Shown: positions 40,195 to 49,875 of the stretch, piece by piece
Numbering within the stretch: the stretch's first letter is position 1
How the letters are laid out: each line of letters starts with the position of its first letter
Assembly: GCF_959020155.1 (NCBI RefSeq)
Contig: NZ_CAUERC010000003.1
Span: 72,902 to 136,901 of the forward strand
Length of the DNA: 64,000 bases
DNA from: an uncultured Bifidobacterium sp.
Lineage (GTDB): Bacteria > Actinomycetota > Actinomycetes > Actinomycetales > Bifidobacteriaceae
Direction: 5' to 3'
The notes under the pieces: model-generated
The model's input: the letters and a program-made list of their open reading frames with translations, nothing else
Database searches by the model: none
Told to the model about the DNA's origin: nothing
Translations under genes and position numbers: made by a program

Positions 40195-41340
40195 CTACAT
40201 AAGCAGATTGACGGCCGTCAGCATGCAAGTGACCATGATGAACATAATCATGCCAACGTTGCCGCACACGGTTTTGGCACGGGTGCCGCGAGGCAGCTCC
40301 TCCGGCGCGGTATAGAATTCAAATTTTTTGAAATTGCGGATAAGTAGCACAAATCCAGCAAGGATCACAGCGCCGTACAACACGAAATAGACAAGCATGA
40401 TCGCCAATCCTTCGACATTCTGCGACGCCCACTGTTCCATCGCCGCCGCATTGCCGTTTTCCGCGGCCTCGGACACCTTCTCCAGCTGGTCCAGATCGAC
40501 GCGTGTCAACACCCATGGCGCGAGCACGCCGCCGTTGAAGTTGATGATCATGTGCATCGCCGTCGAATAGCGCAGCTTGCTGGTGCGCGTGTAGACGTAG
40601 CCGAACATGAGCCCCAGTAGGAACGCGTAGAAGAACTGGAACAGGTTCATATGGAACAGACCGAACGCCAGTCCGGACAGCAGAATCGCCGTTTTCTCGC
40701 CGTATTTGCGGGTGTGGTCGATCAGCTGCTTACGGAACAGCCATTCCTCGAAAATCGGTCCTACGATTACCAGAAAAACAACGTTCCAGATGTTCGTCTG
40801 CATGGCGAGGTCGGCCACGCGGTCCGTCGCCTCGCCGTTGGAAAGCGCCATCGACAGCATGCTGCCGAACACACTGCCGGCCCACATCATCGGCAGGCAC
40901 ATAAGCAGTAGTTTGAAGAACAATCCCGGTTTCATGTCGAATTTACGGGTTTCAATGACAGTCGATTTGCCCATGAGCATCACCGCAATCGGCATGGCGA
41001 TCAGGTACAGCGGTACACCCGAACCCACATACGTAACCCAATTCGGCGTTTCGCCCTTGCCGCCCACGGCCGCGTACAGCGCGCCTTCCAGCACCGTGGC
41101 GAGCGCGTACCAGACGACCACCATCAGACACAGGCTCGCGCCGATACGCGAGAAGTCGCGTCGCGCCTGCTTCAACCATTCGAAGAATGGATTGCGATTG
41201 GCGATCGGCGGCTGCGGATATTGAGGCATGGGCTGCATCGGATACTGCGATTGCGGACCATTCGGCTGATATTGCGGAGCCGGCCCCTGTGGTCGCCCTT
41301 GCGGTTGCTGCGGATATTGAGGCTGCTGCGGAAACGTCAT
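40195..41340 (-). CDS. CPBP/Abi (CAAX protease-like) intramembrane metalloprotease
   Basis: PIFEEWLFRK, FGLFH and HMIINF motifs; multiple TM segments; Pro/Gln-rich N-terminus. Confidence 0.88.
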   Translation of the reverse strand: MTFPQQPQYPQQPQGRPQGPAPQYQPNGPQSQYPMQPMPQYPQPPIANRNPFFEWLKQARRDFSRIGASLCLMVVVWYALATVLEGALYAAVGGKGETPNWVTYVGSGVPLYLIAMPIAVMLMGKSTVIETRKFDMKPGLFFKLLLMCLPMMWAGSVFGSMLSMALSNGEATDRVADLAMQTNIWNVVFLVIVGPIFEEWLFRKQLIDHTRKYGEKTAILLSGLAFGLFHMNLFQFFYAFLLGLMFGYVYTRTSKLRYSTAMHMIINFNGGVLAPWVLTRVDLDQLEKVSEAAENGNAAAMEQWASQNVEGLAIMLVYFVLYGAVILAGFVLLIRNFKKFEFYTAPEELPRGTRAKTVCGNVGMIMFIMVTCMLTAVNLLM

Positions 41341-41366
41341 AGTCACCTTACGAAACTTCGGAAAAC

Positions 41367-41416
41367 AAAAAAGCTGATATTCAGCACTGTACTACCAGTC
41401 CGCTGAATATCAGCTT
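41367..41416 (-). terminator. Terminator after ddl
   Basis: AAGCTGATATTCAGC / GCTGAATATCAGCTT with an A-run, giving a U-tract on the minus strand. Confidence 0.8.
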
Positions 41417-41442
41417 GAGATCTCACCGTAGGTGGGTGTCGA

Positions 41443-42579
41443 TCAGCGCAGCACGCCTTCGATGAGCATGGTGATCAGGTCGGTGTAGCGCACGCCGGTG
41501 GCCTCCCATGCCTTGGGGTACATGGAGATGGACGTGAAGCCCGGCATGGTGTTGATTTCGTTGACCATCACCTTGCCGTCCTTGGTCACGAAGGTGTCCA
41601 CGCGGCTCAGACCGGCACCGTCCACGGCGACGAACGCCTTCTTGGCGGTTTCGCGTACAAGGTTCAGCGTCTCTTCCGGCAGATTGGCGGGCACTTCCAC
41701 GTGGCTTGCGGCGGCGTCCATGTACTTGCTGTCGAAGTCGTAGAACTGGTCGTCGCCTTCGGCGCGCTTGTCGAGTACGATTTCGCCCGGCCAGCTGGCC
41801 TGCGGCGCTTCGCCGGCCTTCGGGCACAATACCGCGCATTCGATTTCGCGCGCGTCGATGCCCTGTTCCACGAGGATGCGCCAATCGTGGTGGGACGCCT
41901 CGTACACGGCGGCCGCGAGTTCGGCCGCATCGCCCTCATGCTCCACCTTGGTCACGCCGAAGCTGGAGCCGGCGCGGGACGGCTTGACGAACAGCGGATA
42001 CTGCAAGCCGGCTTCGCTAACCTGCGCCATGATCGCATCGGCGTTGGCCTTGAATTCGGAAGCCTTGTCGAAGGAACGCGCGTCGAGCGTGATGCCGGGC
42101 GCGACGGGAATGCCGGCGGCCGCAAGCAGCACCTTCGTGTAATGCTTGTCCATGCAGGCCGCGGAGGCGAGCACGCCGCACCCCACGTACGGCACGCCCA
42201 TCATTTCGAACAGACCCTGGATGGTGCCGTCCTCGCCGTACGGCCCGTGCAGCACGGGGAACACCGCGTCCACATGGCCGAACGGGGTCAGCGTACCGTC
42301 ATCCTCGCGGGCGAAGAAGCCGTCCTGTCCGAGAGCCACTTCAAGCACCACGTCCTTGGCGCCTGGGGTTTTCTCCACGGTCGGCAGGCCTTCGTCCAGG
42401 CTCCATCCGAGCGGATTCTCACCGTTGACGATCCACTTGCCGTCCTTGGTGATGCCCACCGGAATGGCTTCGAACTTGTCCGTGTCCAGCGCGCGCAGCG
42501 CACTCGCAGCGGAGATGCAGGAGATCGAATGCTCGTCGGCCTTGCCGCCGTACATCACCACAATGCGCTTTTTTGCCAT
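41443..42579 (-). CDS. ddl: D-alanine--D-alanine ligase
   Basis: GGKADEHSIS, LHGPYGEDG, KPSRAGSS, FYDFDSKY, EINTMPGFT. Confidence 0.96.
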   Translation of the reverse strand: MAKKRIVVMYGGKADEHSISCISAASALRALDTDKFEAIPVGITKDGKWIVNGENPLGWSLDEGLPTVEKTPGAKDVVLEVALGQDGFFAREDDGTLTPFGHVDAVFPVLHGPYGEDGTIQGLFEMMGVPYVGCGVLASAACMDKHYTKVLLAAAGIPVAPGITLDARSFDKASEFKANADAIMAQVSEAGLQYPLFVKPSRAGSSFGVTKVEHEGDAAELAAAVYEASHHDWRILVEQGIDAREIECAVLCPKAGEAPQASWPGEIVLDKRAEGDDQFYDFDSKYMDAAASHVEVPANLPEETLNLVRETAKKAFVAVDGAGLSRVDTFVTKDGKVMVNEINTMPGFTSISMYPKAWEATGVRYTDLITMLIEGVLR

Positions 42580-42653
42580 ATCTATAGCCTTTATTCCTTA
42601 ACTTTTATGACTTTTCAGGATTTTTGCCAAGCATCCAGCATACAAGCCGGCTG

Positions 42654-43652
42654 CTACTCCTCGGTGATGCCTTCGCCGAACAGTTCGGACAGCATCTGCG
42701 CGCAGGAGATACCGTCGTCCAGCACGTGGCTCATGGCCGTGGCGAGCGGGGTCGGCACACCGTACTGCTTGCCCAACGCCACCACCGCGTCGGTGGTCGG
42801 CACGCCTTCGGCCACGCCGTTGCTCACCTTGGTGGCCTCTTCGACGCTCAGACCCTTGCCGAGGTTGGAACCGAACGTGTAGTTGCGGCTCAGCGGGGAA
42901 CCGCAGGTGGCGATGAGGTCGCCCACGCCGGCAAGTCCGGCGAAGGTCTTCGGATCGGCTCCGGCCGCCTCGCCCAGCGCGGTCAGTTCGGCAAGGCCAC
43001 GGGTTTCGATCATGGCCGCGGTGTTCTCGCCGTAGCCTGCGCCACGGGCCATGCCCACGGCGAGCGCCACCACATTCTTCAGCGATCCGCACATTTCCAA
43101 GCCGATCACGTCGCGCGTCACGAACGCACGGAAGTAGTCGGTGGTGCAGGCGGTGGCGATGGTGCGCGCGTTGTCGATGTTCGCGCATCCGACCACGGTC
43201 GCGGCCGGCTCGCGGTCGGCGATCTGCTTGCTCAGGTTCGGTCCGGAAATGGCGGCGAAGCGTTCCGCCGGAAGGTCGAGCGTTTCCATGACGACTTCGT
43301 CCATGCGCTTGCCGGTGGTGCGTTCGATGCCTTTCATCAGGGAGGCCACGAGCGCGGTCTCGGGGATGAGTCCCTTGAATTCGGTCAGTGCCACGCGTGC
43401 GAACTGCGCGGCGATGGCCACGATGACGATGTCGGCGTTGGCCACGGCTTCGGCGCGGTCTCCGGTGGCGGTCATGTTGCTGGGCAGCGTTTCCACGCTG
43501 GGCAGGCGCACACCGTTGTGGTGATGGTCACGAATACCTTCCACGATTTCCGGTTCGATGGCCCACATGGTCACGTTGTTGCCCGCGTCGGCAAGCACTT
43601 GACCGAAGGCCGTTCCCCAAGCGCCAGCGCCCAGTACCGTCACATTCGCCAT
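42654..43652 (-). CDS. gpsA: NAD(P)H-dependent glycerol-3-phosphate dehydrogenase
   Basis: GAGAWGTA, KGIE, SGPN, LKNV, GDLIATC.SPLSRN, EGV. Confidence 0.95.
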   Translation of the reverse strand: MANVTVLGAGAWGTAFGQVLADAGNNVTMWAIEPEIVEGIRDHHHNGVRLPSVETLPSNMTATGDRAEAVANADIVIVAIAAQFARVALTEFKGLIPETALVASLMKGIERTTGKRMDEVVMETLDLPAERFAAISGPNLSKQIADREPAATVVGCANIDNARTIATACTTDYFRAFVTRDVIGLEMCGSLKNVVALAVGMARGAGYGENTAAMIETRGLAELTALGEAAGADPKTFAGLAGVGDLIATCGSPLSRNYTFGSNLGKGLSVEEATKVSNGVAEGVPTTDAVVALGKQYGVPTPLATAMSHVLDDGISCAQMLSELFGEGITEE

Positions 43653-43823
43653 GAATTTTGCTCCTTGGATTATTTGGATTGCTTTTTGCGGCCGAGCGTA
43701 TGCCACATCGGCCGCCGCTTTCAATCGACGTTGTCTTATGCTACCGCCGGCTACGCACACCGGCCGCGTGTTCCGGTCGCACGCGTATTTTGTTCGCCGC
43801 CGGAACGGGTGTGTGGGGGAAAA

Positions 43824-44705
43824 TCAGTCTTTCACGCGACTCATGGTGCGGTAGTCCCAGTAGCCGTCAGGTGCCTGTTCGCCGCGGATTTCGGCCATGA
43901 TTTCGGTCATGCGCACGCGGATGCGGCGGGTCAGTTCGTCGGCGCGGTCCGTCGGCACTTCGTCTCCCCAGGAATCGCAGCCGTCAAGCAGGTCCGCGTA
44001 GTCGAGCGCCTCGTCGTAGCACATCACCACGTTCTTGCGCGGCCACGGCCACCAGTGGTTGATGCTGGCCGCGCCCCAGGTCACGGCACAGTACAGCGGC
44101 ACCTGGCAGCCGAGTCGGCGTGAGGATTCGAGGGCGATCACGCCCACGCCGTTTTTCATGCTCATCGGCCATTTTTGCGGGTCGCGCGTCACGGTGCCTT
44201 CCGGCCATACGGTCAGTGGACGGCCGGAGGTGAGGATTTCCACGGACGTTTCCTCGATGGCTTTGGCCTTGCCCGCGCGGCGCTGCACCGGCTGCATGCC
44301 GACCAGCTGGAACCATTTGCCGATCAGCGGCCATTTGGCCATTTCCGCCTTGGCCATGTAGCGCGGACGGCGGCCCTGATGGAACAGCGACACCATCGGC
44401 ACGAACACGTCGTACATGGTCACATGCGTGGCGGCGGTGATGAACGGGCCGGTTTCCGGCACGTGTTCCAAGCCCCAGGCCTTCACTTTGCTGTGATTGC
44501 GCAGCACCACGTCGCAGCCGGTCAGCAGGCGATGCGTGGCTTTGGGGTTCTGCGCTTCGATTTCCGCGGTGTTGGCTTTGCGCGGACCGGTCGGGAAATC
44601 GTGGGTCGGGTCTACAAGATGATGCTTCTGCGCGAGTTTTGCGACTTGCTCGTCGCTCAGCGGCTTCACTGCGGAGCGCGGCGACGGTTTTCCTTTGGAT
44701 GCCAT
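43824..44705 (-). CDS. plsC: Lysophospholipid (1-acyl-sn-G3P) acyltransferase
   Basis: THVTMYD (HX4D), MAKAE, WPEGTVTRD; upstream of gpsA. Confidence 0.8.
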   Translation of the reverse strand: MASKGKPSPRSAVKPLSDEQVAKLAQKHHLVDPTHDFPTGPRKANTAEIEAQNPKATHRLLTGCDVVLRNHSKVKAWGLEHVPETGPFITAATHVTMYDVFVPMVSLFHQGRRPRYMAKAEMAKWPLIGKWFQLVGMQPVQRRAGKAKAIEETSVEILTSGRPLTVWPEGTVTRDPQKWPMSMKNGVGVIALESSRRLGCQVPLYCAVTWGAASINHWWPWPRKNVVMCYDEALDYADLLDGCDSWGDEVPTDRADELTRRIRVRMTEIMAEIRGEQAPDGYWDYRTMSRVKD

Positions 44706-45074
44706 GGCTTCCATTGTGCCACCGGCCGCCGATACGTTCGTCATCGATGTTTTCCGCGTTATCTTGCTTTTTACTGCCTCATGCCATCGTTTTCTGCATC
44801 ATTTGGCCGTCAAATGATGCAGAAAAGACGGGCGATAAGGCAGAAAAGGGAATGTGCGGAAGATGCGGAAGGCACGGAAAGCATGTTTGCGATTGCGGCG
44901 GCGGCAATCGCGGATAAAACAAAACCGGCACCCGCGCAAGGCGAGTACCGGTGAAAGCAACATGGGCGTTCGACGCGACTGTCAATCGCAACTGTTCAAT
45001 TGCGAATCATCAATCACGATTGGCCAATCGCAATAAATCAGCCGCAGCCGATTCATCGAACCAATCGCAGCGAA

Positions 45075-46400
45075 TCAGTCGAAATCTGCGCCGAGAGCCT
45101 CCAACTTGCCACGGAAGTCGGCGTAGCCACGGTCAATCAGGGAGATGCCCTGCACGTTGGACGGCCCCTTGGCGGCGAGCGCCGCGATCAGGTGGCTGAA
45201 GCCGCCGCGCAGATCCGGCACGTCGATGTCACGGCCGGTCAGCGGGGTCGGTCCGAAGATGACCGCGGAATGCTTGTAGTTGCGCTGTTGGAAGCGGCAC
45301 GGCAGGGAGCCGAGGCATTCGCGGTACAGCTGAATCGTGGCGCCCATCTGCACCAGCGGCTTGGTGAAGCCGAAACGGTTCTCATACACGGTCTCATGCA
45401 CGATGGAAAGGCCGTTGGCCTGGGTCAGCGCCACCACGAGCGGCTGCTGCCAGTCGGTCATGAAGCCCGGGTGCACGTCGGTTTCGATGGCCACCGGCTT
45501 CAGATCTCCGCCCGGATGCCAGAATCGGATGCCCTTGTCGGTGATGTCGAATTCGCCGCCGATCTTGCGGAACACGTTCAGGAAGGTCATCATTTCCGGC
45601 TGGGTGGCGCCCTTGACGAAGATGTCGCCATGGGTGGCGAGCGCGGCGGACGCCCAGGAGGCGGCCTCGATGCGGTCGGTCAGAGACGTGTGCGTGTAGC
45701 CCTTGAGCTCCTTGACGCCTTCGATGCGGAAAGTACGATCCACGTCCACGGAGATGATGGCACCCATCTTCTGCAGCACGCTCACCAAATCCATGATCTC
45801 AGGTTCGATGGCGGCGCCGGAAAGCTCGGTCTTGCCTTCGGCGAGCACGGCGGCGAGCAGTGTCTGCTCGGTGGCGCCCACGGACGGGTACGGCAGGTGG
45901 ATCTTCGCGCCATGCAGACCGTTCGGAGCGGTGATGTGAATGCCGTCCTTGTGTTCCTTGTCCACGTTCGCGCCGAGCTTGCGCAGGGTTTCCAGATGGA
46001 AGTCAATCGGACGACCGCCGATGTTGCAGCCGCCGAGCGCCGGAATGAACGCTTCGCCCAGACGGTGCAGCAGCGGGCCGGAGAACAGAATCGGAATGCG
46101 GGACGAGCCGGACAGCGTGTCCACGTCGGCCACGTCGGCGAGTTGCACGTTGGTGGCGTCGATCGTCACCACGCCGTTCGCGCCGTCCACGGTCACGTCC
46201 ACGCCGTGCAGGCGCAGCAGGTCGGACACCACGTGCACGTCGCGGATTTCCGGAACGTTCTTCAGCACGGATGTGCCCGGGGCCAGCAATGCGGCGACCA
46301 TGGCCTTGCTTACGAAGTTCTTCGCGCCGCGCACCTTGATGGTGCCGTTCAGCGGCTTGCCGCCTTCGACGTGCAGAATGTCGTTCTTATTGTCAGACAC
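45075..46400 (-). CDS. murA: UDP-N-acetylglucosamine 1-carboxyvinyltransferase
   Basis: GAKN, GGCNIGGRPIDFHL, SVGATE, DRIEA, PGFMTD, DLRGG; GTG start. Confidence 0.96.
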   Translation of the reverse strand: MSDNKNDILHVEGGKPLNGTIKVRGAKNFVSKAMVAALLAPGTSVLKNVPEIRDVHVVSDLLRLHGVDVTVDGANGVVTIDATNVQLADVADVDTLSGSSRIPILFSGPLLHRLGEAFIPALGGCNIGGRPIDFHLETLRKLGANVDKEHKDGIHITAPNGLHGAKIHLPYPSVGATEQTLLAAVLAEGKTELSGAAIEPEIMDLVSVLQKMGAIISVDVDRTFRIEGVKELKGYTHTSLTDRIEAASWASAALATHGDIFVKGATQPEMMTFLNVFRKIGGEFDITDKGIRFWHPGGDLKPVAIETDVHPGFMTDWQQPLVVALTQANGLSIVHETVYENRFGFTKPLVQMGATIQLYRECLGSLPCRFQQRNYKHSAVIFGPTPLTGRDIDVPDLRGGFSHLIAALAAKGPSNVQGISLIDRGYADFRGKLEALGADFD

Positions 46401-46495
46401 GCTCAACCTCTTTCGATTCCCTTTTGGATCAAGCTCAAAAAACACTGCTGCTTAGTTTGCCATAAGGCATGTAGCATGTTCGCGAAAAACGGAAT

Positions 46496-47638
46496 TCAGC
46501 GCAGTGTCTCCTTAATTTCGCGCGCGAGATTCGCATCCCACATGGCTCCGGTGGCGCTCATCACGGCGTTCGCGCCAGCCTCACGGTACGCCTTGTAGTC
46601 GTCAGGACGGATCACGCCGCCCACGCCCACGATGGCGAAGTCGAAGCCGAGTTTTTCACGGATGGCGGCGAGCCTGCCGACCATGTCGAGACCGGCGCCA
46701 CGAATGGCGTTGCCGCACACGCCGGAACGGTCACGTCCGACTCCCGGCAGCGCCTGGTTGCCGTTCGCGTCCACCAGGCGCGCGGAAATCGTGTTGATGG
46801 TGGAGAAGCCTTGCACGGTGCCATGTCCGACGGTTTCCCTGACCATGGTTTCCAGGTCGGTGTCGTTGGGAATGTAGGCGAGTTTCACGATGAGCGGGCG
46901 ATCGCCGATTTCGTTTTTCACGGCTTCCGTGATTTCCCCCACCAGATGCGGGTCGTGGCACAGCAGGCGATTGTGACCTTCGTTGGGGCAGCTGGTGTTC
47001 ATTTCCATCAGTCCGGCTCCGGTTTCCGTAACCAGATGCGCGGTGGTGACATGGTCGGCGATGTACGCCTTGCGGTCCATGCCGTCCACGCGGGAACCTT
47101 GGAAGCTGGGCACGAGCAGCTGCCCGTCGCCGGCGGCGGCGATCGCCTTCTTCATGTCCGGCTGCCATTCGTCGGGGTCACGCGACGGCACGCCGAAACT
47201 GTTGGAGATCGAAATCGGAAGCTCATATCGGGTGTCGGCAAGCACGCCTTCATCCAGTTCGGCGCTGCCGGGAACCAGCGACCCGTCTGCGTTCTTCGGA
47301 TGCACGGCGAGCACGTTCGGGAAGGCGTTGCAACCCCACGCGCGGGAGCGGACCGTCTTGTACACCGCCAAATCGAAACCCATGCGGAAGGCGGCGGTGG
47401 TGAACCGCTCGTTCAGCAGCGGACCGGCGGGAATGCCAAACGGCAGGTTCACGCGGAAGCCGAGGAATTCCTCGGCCTGGTCGGACGACTGCGACTGGGT
47501 GGTCTGTGCAGACTGCGCGGAGGCGCCGGCAGCGGAATCGCCCTTCATCACTTCGGCGAACGCACCGAACGGCCCCTGCAGATAGTTGTCTTCATACGTG
47601 CGATTGACGTCGTAAAACGGCGCGAAACTCTGGCTCAT
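46496..47638 (-). CDS. Dihydroorotate dehydrogenase/oxidase-like FMN enzyme
   Basis: GIPAGP, YKT, NSFG, EMNTSCPN (catalytic Cys), KL, INT, GVGGV; GGGGAG SD. Confidence 0.8.
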   Translation of the reverse strand: MSQSFAPFYDVNRTYEDNYLQGPFGAFAEVMKGDSAAGASAQSAQTTQSQSSDQAEEFLGFRVNLPFGIPAGPLLNERFTTAAFRMGFDLAVYKTVRSRAWGCNAFPNVLAVHPKNADGSLVPGSAELDEGVLADTRYELPISISNSFGVPSRDPDEWQPDMKKAIAAAGDGQLLVPSFQGSRVDGMDRKAYIADHVTTAHLVTETGAGLMEMNTSCPNEGHNRLLCHDPHLVGEITEAVKNEIGDRPLIVKLAYIPNDTDLETMVRETVGHGTVQGFSTINTISARLVDANGNQALPGVGRDRSGVCGNAIRGAGLDMVGRLAAIREKLGFDFAIVGVGGVIRPDDYKAYREAGANAVMSATGAMWDANLAREIKETLR

Positions 47639-47830
47639 ACTGCTCCCCGAAATTGTTCTCGTGTCATGTTTTGGATATGCGATGCGAACACACGAAATGT
47701 CATGTCCACTGTAACGCGACACACGTCCCGCCTGCACGCCCCGTCTCACCTTGGAAACCTCCTTGGCTAGGACTTCCCCAGACGAGTTTGGGCTCTCGAT
47801 CCAGGTCAAGTCCAGAGAACCGGAACGCCG

Positions 47831-49495
47831 TCATGAGCCGGTATGCTCGGCAAGACGGTACTTGCGTCCGCGTCCGACGCCTATTGGTTCAATAACACCG
47901 TCTTTCACCAGTGAGGCCAATATCTCCCGGGTACGGGTGAGGCCAAGCCCCAGCACCACAGCCAGATACGAGGTGGGTTGCGGTCCGCCGACCGTCAACG
48001 CATAGGTGATTTTCTCCAACTGGCTTTGCGGCCTGATCGCATTGCCGAAATCGGCAGGTAGGGCCACGTTCTTGCCGAATGTGCCGACCATGTCGTTCAA
48101 ACGGTCAGCCCCGCGAGCGCCAATCCTATGGACCGTACCAGTGCCATGCTCCGAATTCCGCATTGTCGGCGACTCCGCACCAACAGGGCCCCCGCCATCT
48201 GCAGAGACTCCGGGAACAGCAGAAGCTCCGGCGATCATGGAATCTCCGGCGATCTTGCGCGGATACAACGTAAGCTGCACACGCCCCGGATCGTCGAACA
48301 CTTCCAATTCCGGCGCGGCGGTTCCTGCGAACAGGCAGCCTTCACGCATCACGTCAAAACCACTGCCCGCCTTTTCTCCGATGCCAATCAGATTGAACAT
48401 TTTCATCAACGTGGGATTCCGCGTATCCGAAATGCCGCCTTGCATCACCTCTTCGGAGGAAAGACGCAGGCTGCCGGGATTCGACAATACGATTCTGTCG
48501 TAATACTGAATGATCACCGTGCCCCGGCGAATGAAGTAATCGGCATGAACGAGCGTGTTGGTGACAGCCTCACGAACGGCCTTATCCATCAGATTGTCAT
48601 CAATCCTATGCAAATCGGCATCAAGCTGGAACGGATGGGCAACAGCCGACCGCAGACGATTGACCACCTTGCCCCAAAAATCGTACAAGTTGCCCGACCA
48701 AGTGCCATCATCCGACGTGAATCGGTCATTCCACCGCTCCTGGTCGTCCATGACCTCGCGATAGTCCAGGAAATAGTAGGGGAATTCGGACGTGATTCGC
48801 CACGCCTCACCGAACATCAGCAATCCGGCTCGTGTGGGACGCACCTGAGAACCATCAAGCCGCAACGCTTCGATGCGAAGCAGGAAATCCTCATCAGACA
48901 ATCCGACCCATGGATGGCCGGGCCGTCTGTTCTTGAACTGCCGACGATATGATGCGACGCTATCCGCGTTGAGCGCGTCAGCACCCATGCCTTCAACAAT
49001 CGTTCTGTCCAAGGGAAGCAGGTCACTGTCCCGAAGCATGGCACGAACCGTTTCCTCATCGCACAGATAATCGCCATCGCCATTACGCCGGTATGAGCCC
49101 GTCATCGGATTCTGGCCCACGTACACGGGAATACAGTCCCTCGCCGCACGAGGAATGTCGATGGAAATAACATCTCCCTGCGAGGTATGGCGAATCACCA
49201 CGTCGTTGTCGCTCAGCACAACGGCACTGACCTTCGATGGATCATGCACCATGTTCCAAAAATCCTGCGCCATGTTCCGCGCATCATCTACTCCGGTGAT
49301 ATACAAAGAATGATCTTCATGCTCGGACACGCCCAGCAGAATCAGCCCACCTTCGGTATTGGCGAAGGAGCTGTACGTCTCCCATAAACTGTGGGGCAGG
49401 CCGCCCTTGGCACGTTTCGCTTCCAAACGGTTGCCTTCACGCATCCGAGGAACCTCCCGGGACCACCAGGCATCATCGTGCTCGCTACCGTCCAT
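47831..49495 (-). CDS. Schlafen/AlbA_2 + HATPase_c_4 + winged-HTH protein
   Basis: EGNRLEAK and SSFANTEGGLILLGV (AlbA_2); REAVTNTLVHADY, SNPG, RNPTL, EKAGSG (HATPase_c_4); C-terminal wHTH with GRGRKY. Confidence 0.85.
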   Translation of the reverse strand: MDGSEHDDAWWSREVPRMREGNRLEAKRAKGGLPHSLWETYSSFANTEGGLILLGVSEHEDHSLYITGVDDARNMAQDFWNMVHDPSKVSAVVLSDNDVVIRHTSQGDVISIDIPRAARDCIPVYVGQNPMTGSYRRNGDGDYLCDEETVRAMLRDSDLLPLDRTIVEGMGADALNADSVASYRRQFKNRRPGHPWVGLSDEDFLLRIEALRLDGSQVRPTRAGLLMFGEAWRITSEFPYYFLDYREVMDDQERWNDRFTSDDGTWSGNLYDFWGKVVNRLRSAVAHPFQLDADLHRIDDNLMDKAVREAVTNTLVHADYFIRRGTVIIQYYDRIVLSNPGSLRLSSEEVMQGGISDTRNPTLMKMFNLIGIGEKAGSGFDVMREGCLFAGTAAPELEVFDDPGRVQLTLYPRKIAGDSMIAGASAVPGVSADGGGPVGAESPTMRNSEHGTGTVHRIGARGADRLNDMVGTFGKNVALPADFGNAIRPQSQLEKITYALTVGGPQPTSYLAVVLGLGLTRTREILASLVKDGVIEPIGVGRGRKYRLAEHTGS

Positions 49496-49641
49496 TGGCC
49501 ATCACCGCCTTACCTACCACGCGTTTTACGCTCGTTTTGCCGCCGCTTTGCCGTCGTATTATGATTTTACCACCGCTTTGCGCGCGCTTTGCCACCGCTT
49601 TGTGGAATTTGCTGTTGGCGGAAAGGTGATGGAAGGTAAAC

Positions 49642-49668
49642 AAAAAGCCCGGCTTGGGTGCCGGGCTT
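49642..49668 (-). terminator. Terminator downstream of leuD
   Basis: AAAAGCCCGGC...GCCGGGCTT; U-tract on the minus strand. Confidence 0.75.
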
Positions 49669-49719
49669 GGGAAAAGTTAGATGTGGTTGCGGTCAGCCAA
49701 TGATGAAATGGGCTACCGT

Positions 49720-49875
49720 CGCGATCAGCCAACGGGCCTATCTGCAATTACGGACTGCGCTGCGCGCAGGCTCATTGCTGCCCTCGTTTCGGACTCGGGC
49801 AAGGCCCTGTCGGCAGTGCACTGCACTGCCGACCAGCCATCGCGTCAGATGATGCCGCGATCGGCCAACGGGCCT
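49720..49875. repeat. Hairpin-rich element bracketed by a 20-bp direct repeat of the leuD 3' end
   Basis: CGCGATCAGCCAACGGGCCT (49720-49739) versus CGCGATCGGCCAACGGGCCT (49856-49875); internal hairpins. Confidence 0.7.

Noticed and set aside
40195..41340. CPBP/'Abi' protein as an abortive-infection or bacteriocin-immunity system
   Set aside because: The Abi label of this family is historical; no bacteriocin or defence genes are adjacent.
41443..42579. ddl as a D-Ala-D-Lac (vancomycin-resistance) ligase
   Set aside because: The omega loop reads FYDFDSKY with Tyr, typical of D-Ala-D-Ala ligases; housekeeping context and no van genes.
45075..46400. Fosfomycin-resistant MurA variant
   Set aside because: The active-site Cys is retained (GGCNIG), not the Asp of resistant enzymes.
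49640..49700. CCCAAGCCCGG on the minus strand resembles part of a twister ribozyme; CGAAAC nearby resembles a hammerhead core
   Set aside because: The pairing partners and the CUGAUGA core are missing; the sequence is explained as a terminator stem.
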